This document shows positions 53,710-64,000 of a DNA stretch of 64,000 nt, in pieces. The notes beneath the pieces were generated by a model, which did no database searches, was not told where the DNA came from, and saw only the letters and a list, made by a program, of their open reading frames with translations. The position numbers and the translations under genes were made by a program. The DNA is taken from positions 35,712,001 to 35,776,000 of the forward strand of contig OX597828.1 of the NCBI GenBank assembly GCA_951406725.2, read 5' to 3'. Source of the stretch: Octopus vulgaris. Lineage: Eukaryota. Position 1 is the stretch's first letter. Every line of letters begins with the position of its first letter.

Positions 53710-55912
53710 TTAAACAGCAACACAGCTGAAATAATTTGTGATGTTGTTTTTCTTGCTTTTTTCTTTTTTTCTTTTACTCTAGTATTAATACAGGTAAAGT
53801 GGTGGAATTTGAACTGCCAACCTTGAGGTTTGCTTTTAATGATCAGCACATATAACAGATATAAGGGTGTGGCGAGAATTACATTATTTGCAACAAAAGA
53901 ATTTTATTACAGATGGAAAGTAAGGAGTCAGCAGGCTAAAATGCTTTGTAACTGAGCAACAACATGAAACATTTGTTGAAGGACATGCATATGTATGTAT
54001 ATATGCATGTTTGTGTGTGAGTATATATGTGTGTGTGTGTGTGTGTATGTATATGTATATATATTTATATATAATGTGGGTGTATGCATACATAAATATA
54101 AGAGAAAGAGAGACGGAGACAGACAGATAAATAGGTAGGTACATAGGTAGATAGATAAATGGGTAGACAGACAGAGAGACAGACACAATTTAGTTGTAAC
54201 ACTTAAAAGACCATCCAGAATTGAATAAAGAAAATTAGGTGAGTGCTATACAGAAGGAAATTGGGTGAGCTACTGTCAAGCTTTGTCAGCAAACTGGTTT
54301 TCATTCCCAGTTGTAATGATTTCGCTTTATTGTTTGCATATGAGATACTACGTTGTTTCTGAAAGATGGGTTTTTAGTAAGGATGTGGTGATTATGTTCC
54401 TTTTTGTTCCTTTATCTTTTAGTCGGGAGGGAAGACAATGCCGAAGACCCTTTAAAGGGCCTCCAAGACCAGTGGTAAGGAAGGCAGGAGGAAGACATCG
54501 TCAATCAGTGAAACCGGTCCAAAGGCTCACAACAGAATGAGCGGGATGGGGGCGAGGTGTCCACTAAAGGCATCCAAGTCCTGTTCAATAATCCAACCCA
54601 TGGTAGATGGACATTAAATGGTGATGAGGGAGATTTGACTGCTAAAAATAGCAGAGAAATTTTTTTTTTAAATCACACTCAACTCTCTCAAAATAAAATG
54701 AAAGATACATTGATACGCTGGATAATGTAGTCCTAGAAACACTATGCCTGGAAAAGAAAGATGGAATGGTTGCAGCTTAAATGCTTTTGATCAAAGGAAT
54801 GTTTGATCAGGGCTGACATAGTTTGGCAGAATCATTAGAATGTCAGGCAAAATGCACCACAGGATTTGTTTCCTGGCTCTTTTACATTCTGAGTTCAAAT
54901 CCTAGAAAAGTCATCTTGCTTTTCCTTTTTCTGGGATCAATACAACTAAATACCAGTCCAGGTTAATGAATTGATAGAATTTTTAGGGAATTGGACATGC
55001 TATTTATTCTGGCCCTTCACATTCTGAATTCAGATCTTGCTAAGGTCAACTTGATTTTTATTATTCTGGGGTCAATGAAATAAAATGCTAATCCAGATCA
55101 GTGGAGGGGTAGAATCTTCAGAGCACTTGTATTTGTTCTAGCTCTTTACTCTCTGTAATTACCAACAACAATATTGGTGCCTTTTCTTTGAACAACAAAG
55201 ATGGAATGAAGAGGGGAAACTCGGGTACATGGGTAATTACTGGTTTTCCATAAAAAAAAAGTATCTTTGTTCAGACCTGTACCTAGTGGGAGAAATTTCC
55301 AGTTGCAGATATATGGCCAATATCTTAACTAAAACAGATTAATTTCAGCATATATTAATATCTTATCAGAGATCAGTGAATCAGTCCAGTCCAGTCCAGT
55401 CCACAGTGAGAATATTGGTTCATACATATGTATAGTATATACTAAGTTAGACAGACTAAATAGATGTTCCTAATTTGCATAACAGTTCAAACACTCGTGA
55501 CGCAATTAGGGAGCATTTGGGCAAATTTATAACGATGTGTTTTTAATAAACTCATAACTTAGCCTTTCAAGGAAAAGTGGACATTGTCATTTTAATTTTC
55601 AGAGAATATATAGATAGGCTGTGTGGTAAGAAGTTTGCTTCCCAACCACAAGGTTCTGGGTTCAGCCCCACTGCATGGCAACTTAGGCAAGTGTCTTCCA
55701 CTATAGCTTCAGTTTGACCTACGCCTTGTGAGTGGATTTAATGAGATAGAAACTGAAAGAAACCCATCGCGTGTGTGTGTGTGTGCATGTTTATCCCCCA
55801 CCACCACTTGACAACTGGTGTTGGTGTGTTTACATTCGCTGGCTCCTGTGCTGGTGGCACATGAAAAGCACTCACTACACATACACACATACATACATAC
55901 ACACACACACAT

Positions 55913-55959
<47 letters not shown>

Positions 55960-56031
55960 TACATACACACATATGTATATATATACACATACATATACAC
56001 ATATATACACACATATATACATATATATATA

Positions 56032-56064
<33 letters not shown>

Positions 56065-57049
56065 TCCCATGCTGGTGGCACTACACTCTTGGAGTGGTTG
56101 GCATTAGGAAGGGCATCCAGCTGTAGAAACATTGTCAGATCAGATTGGAGCCTGGTGCAGCCTCCTGGTTTGTCAATCCCCAATCAAATCATCCAACCCA
56201 TGCCTGCATGGAAAACGGACGTTAAACGATGATGATGATGATAACTTAGTGGTACAGCAAAAGATACTTATGAAATAAGTACCAGGCTTTAAAAAACAAT
56301 AAGGATTCTTCAAGGTGGTGCCCCAGCATGGCCACAGTCTAATGACAAACAAGTAAAAGGTAAGAGATATGTACTTTTATTTGTTCGTAGTTAATATATC
56401 TTCATTACAAATTTTAATTTCAAATTTTATAAAAAGATCATCATCATCATCATCATCATCATCAACATCGTGATTTAGTGTCCGTTGTCCATGCTGGCAT
56501 GGGTTGGACGGTTTGACCAGGGCTGGCAAACTGGAAGGCTGCACCAAACCCCAGTCTGATTTGGCATGGTTTCTGCGGCTGGATGCTCTTCTTAATGCCA
56601 ACCACTCCGAGAATGTAATGAGTGCTTTTATGTTATGTGCCACCAGCACGAGTGCCATCTGCATAGCAGTGGTATCTGCCATGACTGTGATTTTACTGGG
56701 TTTGATGGGTCTTCTTCTCAAGCATGATATAATGCCAAAGGTACGTATATTAATCTTAATAAACATTATCTTATTACCTTTTTTATTTTCTTATGTGTTT
56801 CAGTTATTGTGAGGCCAGACACACACACACACACAATCATACACACACACACAAGCACACACATACATACAGTATGTATGCAACAGGCTTCTTTCAGTTT
56901 CCATTTACCAAATCTATTCACAAAGCTTTGGTCAGCCCAAGGCTATAATAGAAGATACTTACCCAAGGTGCCACACAATGGGACTGAACTAGGAACCATG
57001 TGGTTGGGAAGCGAACTTCTTACCACACAGCCATGCTTGCACCTATATG

Positions 57050-57125
<76 letters not shown>

Positions 57126-57169
57126 TAGATAGATAGATAGATAAATACATACATACATACATACATACA

Positions 57170-57200
<31 letters not shown>

Positions 57201-58027
57201 GGCAGGCTTCTTTCAGTTTCCATCTACCAAATCCACTCACAAGGCTTTGATCAGCTTGAGGGTATAGTAGAAACACTTGTCCTTGGTGCCACGCAGTGGG
57301 ACTGAACCCAGATCCATGTGGTTGGGAACACACAGCCATGCTTATGATAAATATTGAGTCTATTTTGGAGGTGGAAAGACTTCAAGTAGGCTTTGTTCAT
57401 AAAGTTTCCATCACCCAAAATGATAACACAATATCATTAAAAGTAAGACACATTGAATAATGTAGTCCAAGGTACACAATAGGACAGTCATAGCTGAAAT
57501 TCCTTTTGATCATGGTTTTGTTCAATCAACACTGAGTGATTGAGTGATGACTAAACAAGGTTAAAATAAGTATATAAACCATTGGAACAAGGTTAAATAT
57601 ACACTGAATTAGCTTCAGATGATTTAGTTTGATGCTAATGATGCAAAGCAGTAACGAGTTTATTGATTAGAGTATGTAGCATTGTATAATAACTCCTCTT
57701 CCATCTCATGCTTATTAGTCAGCAAGGAGAATTTTTTTGTTTTTTGTTGTTTTTAATCTTTGGCTTGAGATCATGTCTTGGCTTGCTTTTTACTTTGGAT
57801 TTTTTGATTTACTATATTAATGTTGTTGCTTTTTGTTTAACTCCAGATCAGTTCTGACCTTGCAGACCTACGATAAAATGTGTTTCTGCCTATGACCAAT
57901 CATGGTCAAACCTTATGTTGCTAAGACCACATCATCCAACATGTCCCATCACTTATTATTTTATTTTGTTTTTTTTTTCCCCCTTGATATGTCTACAAGA
58001 TTGAATTACCGTGTAGGACACACTCAC

Positions 58028-58060
58028 CCAATACTTGATATTGGTGCTATTATTTTCCAT
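58028..58060 (-). CDS. Candidate first coding exon (MENNSTNIKYW)
   Basis: ATG has an in-frame upstream TGA. Strong donor TGG|GTGAGT. Phase 0 is compatible with the downstream exons, and the surroundings are non-repetitive. Confidence 0.4.
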
Positions 58061-58314
58061 CCTGTTTGTTCAGCTTCAGCGTGTCAGCCAGTTATACAAA
58101 TGCAGACGTGTGTTTAAAACAATTTACATTATAATTGAATCAATAAACGATACTGGAAAACCAACCCACAAGTCTTTTAATACCTATATTTCGTAATTAA
58201 CTATCTTTAGACTGTATATTTTATCATTTGGAAACAAAGCTTATTGAAGCCTTTCTCCAAAAGAAACAGAAATATTTTCATGATAAGCAACAGCAGAAAT
58301 TAATGATGGAGTCA

Positions 58315-58564
58315 AGATTATTTGCCAACATAACATGGCAGTCCTGGTTTAGGATGAATGTTGCTGTAATTAACCCCCAGGAGACATCGTCTCAGCTGGC
58401 TATACAACACGGTCTGTGTCCTTATATTTTCGAACAGAAAAAAAGATATATATAAGGACACAGATCATGTTGTATAGCCATCTGGAGACAATGTCTCCTG
58501 GGGCTAAATTACAGCAACAGGCATCCTAAACCAGAACTGCCATGTTATGTTGGAAAATAATCTT
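58315..58564. repeat. Palindromic MITE-like hairpin (~112-bp arms, ~21-nt loop)
   Basis: Ends aagattatttgccaacataacatggcag and ctgccatgttatgttggaaaataatctt. Confidence 0.92.
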
Positions 58565-58899
58565 TACTTCAAAGTACTGTTGCTGAATATCTCTCGTTCT
58601 GAGATATATAAATAGCAATTTTCTAAGAAATTAACAATGTTATTGCTTAAAGAATTTTAATAACATATATTTTAATCTCACTAAACAAATACAGATATAT
58701 ATATATCCTTGGAAAATTAACAACAGTGTCTTCTTTTCAATGAAAGGCTAAAATAAGTGTTTGCTAATAGATTAACCTTTGTCTTTTATTTATCCTATCA
58801 TTGGCAGTAATTCTATTTGTTAATTAAATTGTGTTACAAATACTTTACTTTATTTACATTATTTACATTTGATGGATATTTGTCCTCATCTTGTTTGTT

Positions 58900-58950
58900 G
58901 TTAACACAATGTTTCAGCTGATATACCCTCCAGCCTTCATCAGGTGTCTT
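58900..58950 (-). ncRNA. Hammerhead motif in a Penelope-like inverted terminal repeat
   Basis: Minus strand: gacac-CTGATGA-a-GGCTG..CAGCT-GAAACATT-gtgtt. A partial inverted copy lies at 59120-59191. Confidence 0.65.
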
Positions 58951-59000
58951 GAGGAAATTTCGAACCTGGGTTCTCATTCCTAAGGTATTTTTCGATGTTG

Positions 59001-59038
<38 letters not shown>

Positions 59039-60440
59039 TAGGTCACTGCCTGGAATTGAACTCAGAACCTTGGGGTTAGTAGTCTGCACTCTTAACCACT
59101 ATGCCATATGCCCATAGGATATATCAGCCAAAACAGTATGTTAACAATAAACAAGATGCGGACAAATATCTGTCAAATGTAAATAATGTACATAATTCCT
59201 GATCTCTTAAATATAGAACTGAAATACTTTACCGTTATGCAAATTAGGCATACCCAGTTAGTCAGTCTAAATTTGTGTATACTATACATAGCTATAAATG
59301 ACTATTCTTACTATGGACAGGGATGTGTAACCGATCTCCGATAAGGTATTGACAAATGCTGAAACTAATCAGATTAACAAATTGTTTCACCCACAGGGAC
59401 AAAAAAACACTTGGCTTAATCATGGTCTCTACTTTTTCACAGTAATGCTAAAATGTGTGCTTACTAAGAACACATCCCCATAAGTTTACCTTACGTCTTT
59501 ACTTAACCCATCATTGTGTAGTTCTTCTATAACCCACTCAGGCTTACCAGTAATTTTAGACTTGACACTTAGCCAAGTTCCCAATATAATAGGGATTGGC
59601 AAGTCTTTTGTTAAAATTTGGTCAAATTAAAACTAGATTGACTGATCTGAATAATGATAGGCCAACAATACAGAATTTGGTTGTTTACAAATGTCAGCTC
59701 ACAACACTGTTTAGTTGCTGGTTTGAGTATTTTTCCTAATTTCACGACTATGAAATTCACAGCAAACAAACACTTCCAGTGTAGTTTGTTTACAACACAA
59801 AAGTATACATAATTTCTTTACAACATAAGAGCATTGATTGTTTACGACCAAGGAGATACTGCCAATCTTAGCATTTCAAATATTCTGATGAAAATCAAGA
59901 ACTCATTCAAAAGAAAGTAAAGAAGAATCTGGAATAAGCTACAGATGAAGCATTCAAGTGGAAACTTATAGAGGTGCATCAAATGAGGAGGTCTTGCATC
60001 TTATTTCTTTATTGCCCACAAGGGGCTAAACATAGAGTGGGCAAACAAGGACAGACAAAGGGATTAAGTCTATTACAGCGACCCCAGTTCGTAACTGCTA
60101 CTTAATTTATCAACCTTGAAAAGATGAAAAGCTAAGTTGACCTCAGCGGAATTTGAACTCAGAACATAACGGCAGGCGAAATACTGCTAAGTATTTCGCC
60201 TGGCGTGCTAACGTTTCTGCCAGCTCACCGCATCTTAATCAATTAGCAATACTGCTAGTGGAACATTAGTATTAGATTAAGAGAGAACTAATTCCAGATA
60301 ATAATTCTCAAATTCTAAGTGTTTCTGTTTAGTAGATTTGAGCTAATCTATTTTTTATTGAAGACACGCGTTTTTATCTGTTCTAGGTATGTACAGACAT
60401 TAATTATCTCTCTGTGATCAGGACTGATAGAATTTCTCTT

Positions 60441-60499
<59 letters not shown>

Positions 60500-60707
60500 C
60501 ACTCTCACACACACTCATATATACTACAGGCTTTTTTCAGTTTCCATCAATAAAATCTACTCACAAGTCTTTTGTTGGCCATGCGCATTAATAGAAGATA
60601 TTAGCAAGTAGCTTTTAGCTAAGATATTAGCTCAAGGTACCATGCATTGGGGCTGAACCTAAGATCACATGGTTGGGAACTAAACTTCTCAAACACAAAG
60701 CCACACC

Positions 60708-60744
<37 letters not shown>

Positions 60745-60764
60745 ATAGATAGATAAATAGATAA

Positions 60765-60879
<115 letters not shown>

Positions 60880-61136
60880 TAGATAGAGAGATAGAGAGAT
60901 AAACAGACACACAGACTGACAGATAGATAGATACATAGATATGGGTCACCATGATAGATCGCTAGCCACTACACATTCAATATTTTCTCTCCTTGTTTCT
61001 TTCTGTATTCCTTTCTGAGGAAGAGTGTAGACTCAAAATGTTAAAGACTTTTTCACTTCCTGGAGCATTAAACTAATACATCTGTTTGTTGTCTACACCA
61101 CCTGTCTTCATCTTTTGTTTTTTTGTGAATTCTCCC

Positions 61137-61232
<96 letters not shown>

Positions 61233-61323
61233 GAAAGATAGATAGATAGATAGATAGATATAGATATAGATATGGATATAGATATTTGGCTGTTAAAAAA
61301 ATAGGATAAAGAATATTCAGTAC

Positions 61324-61410
<87 letters not shown>

Positions 61411-62084
61411 TGTGTCTGTGTGTGTATGTGTGTGGGTCGGTGTGTTCAAAATTCTCAGTTCACTCTGACACTATTCATCACTTAGCAATTGTAATTGACT
61501 ATCACAAAAGAAGAATTTAGAATAAACTTTACAGGAAATTTAATTTTAGTTCATATAAGGGAAAAAAAAAACTGATCATTCATTATAGCAGGCAAGACGA
61601 CAGTTTTATTTGACAGACCACTTTAGCAAAGTACAACCTTCTCAAACCTGCCTGGGTTAATGAACAGATTTTCACAAGTAACAAAAGAACCGCAAATAAT
61701 TTTAGCCAAATTAATTTGCATAATTCTAAAAAGTGGACTAAGGGTTAATAACTCAAATGAACTTAATACAGCAGCATAAATTAGGTATGTATAAAGTATG
61801 CAAAAATTCTAATAAAGACCAGTTTATTTTATATCCTTAAATATGAAGATAACAAATTTCTGTGAAAGTAATTCATAAATCTTTAAAATTATCTCCTCTT
61901 TATCATTGACACTTACTCATAAAAGTTTTGTCCCGTTTGTTTTTACTGTAACTAAGAGGCAAATTACACTTCGTTCAGAATTAGCTGCACATGTCACTCG
62001 GTACAACTCTGTGTGAAATAAGGCATCAATCATTATGTATGTATATGTGTATGTAGTATTCTTATATATATGTATATATATATA

Positions 62085-62130
<46 letters not shown>

Positions 62131-62711
62131 TCAAAAGCCAGTTAACAAATAATTGAATGAAATACCCATCAAACAGGTGAAATTAACTGAAACAAAAACA
62201 AAAACTAGGTCAATTCAGTTGGAACAAAGGCAGGAAAACTCTAATAATAATAGAAACTGAATGTTACTATGAAGTTAAAATACTTGATACCTGTATATGA
62301 GACTTAGCTCAGCTCGTCCACTTTCAAATCTAAGCATTTTTCTCTCTCTTCCCCTCTCTCTCTCCTATGTATGTATGTGTGTGTGTGTGTATGTATATAT
62401 GTCATTATTCAGTTTATTTCAAGATTTCTTGCTAATAGAGAAAGAAGCAATTTCTAACCTAGATCCAAGGCTCCTTCATTGGAATTTCAACATTAACAAC
62501 ACGGTACGGTATGTATATATATGTATCCTTCGAAAAACCCTATCCATCTAAATGCTTGTGTTGTATTACATGAACATACTTTGCTACTTCTCCTCCCCAA
62601 GCTTTCAGTCATACTGTAACATCTCTTATCCTTCACTCACCCCCAAGACGCTGGGTGTGTCTTGGTAAGTGACTGTAACAGACATGCAGATTAAAAGTAA
62701 AAATGACAATG

Positions 62712-62765
<54 letters not shown>

Positions 62766-63121
62766 TATGACTTCTACACAGTTTCCATCTAGTAAATCTC
62801 AGACACAAGCTTTGATTTGCTCCAAGGCAATGATAACAGAAGACTTTTACTCAGGTTACCTCATAGTGAGGTCAAATGCAAAATCATACAATTAACCACA
62901 CAGTCATATCTGTGCCCACATGACTTGACAAAATTGAGGGCCAGTGTCAAAGCAAAAGCAAAAATAAAACAATCATAAGAAAACCTGATTCTTAAAAAAA
63001 AATTAGAAATTCAAATATAAAAAAAAAGCAGAAATAATAAACAATATAAGGCCAAAACAAAAAACAATACAAATTCTTTGAATCTCTGTGGTATCAGATA
63101 ACATAGGTTATTGTGTGTGCA

Positions 63122-63162
<41 letters not shown>

Positions 63163-64000
63163 AGTTTTTCTTCTTAAATGATAAAGATCAGTTACATATA
63201 TCGACAGGGAAATTGCAGGCAAAGTGGGATATCTATACCACTAACAACGACAACAAACAGCACAACTATCATAATATCAAACAAAGCAAACTAGCCAAAC
63301 AATGAGCCAACATCGGTGTCTCGAGAACAGTGATCCAGTCTGCTAGAAACAGCAGTTAAATCCCCCAAATCCAATCTTAAGATTCATCGGGTAACATGGC
63401 CCTGGTTTATCTACATGTAGGAAAAAGACAGGATGGTCACACCTGAAGTGTCTTTGATTAGATGCTTGCTTGATCAGGACTGATCTGTGCCTAAACAACA
63501 CTAGTGACTGTAAAAAGAAGGCTTGTTTTGCAAACATGCAGTTTTGGGTTCAGTCCCACTGTGTGGAACCTTGGGCAAGTGTTTTCTACAATAACACTGG
63601 AGTGACCAATGCCTTATGAGTGAATTGGGTAAATGGAAACTATGTAGAAGCTTTGTTGTATATGTATATGGAGGCACATGGCCTAGTGGTTAGAGCAGCG
63701 GACTTGCGGTCGAGGGATCATGTGTTTGAATCTCAGACCGGGCGATGTGTGTGTTTATGAGTGAAAACACCTAAGCTCCACGTGGCTCTGGCAGCAGGTA
63801 ATGGCAAACTTCTGCTGAATCTTTCGCCACAACTTTAATAATAATAATAATAAACATTGTGTACAGTGCTCAGGTGCACTACAACTATCTCACTCTTTCC
63901 TCCTGCATCTTGCAGCTCACCTGTGACGGACTGGTGTCCCATCCAGGTGGGGAACCTATACGCCGAGAAACCGGGAAACTGGCCCTTATGAGCCTAGCAT

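Noticed and set aside
59548-59646. AG...GTAAG-bounded minus-strand segment as a coding exon
   Set aside because: It has stop codons in all three frames.

Overview
AT-rich, extremely microsatellite- and SINE-dense eukaryotic DNA, most likely from an octopus or related coleoid cephalopod (inferred from repeat composition). The window holds the middle and 5' part of one large minus-strand gene encoding a multi-PDZ scaffold (PDZD2/pro-IL-16/big-bang-like architecture). I reconstructed it from GT-AG sites with mutually consistent phases: [58060-58028?], 48869-48801, 34215-32198, 29511-29360, 18832-15830, 5972-4099, 498-318, continuing off the left edge. Three giant S/T/P-rich exons separate three PDZ domains, and each PDZ is split by an intron. 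The introns contain tRNA-derived SINEs, Tc1/mariner, hAT and piggyBac-type relics, RTE and Dong/R4 fragments, and many long hairpins. The most notable signal is about 11 type I hammerhead-ribozyme motifs from at least 5 unrelated repeat families, most lying in or next to (TA)n tracts. They include a 355-bp terminally redundant retrozyme-like unit (43618-44001) and a palindrome with a hammerhead on each strand (50116-50295). All of this was read by eye; no database search or folding program was run.
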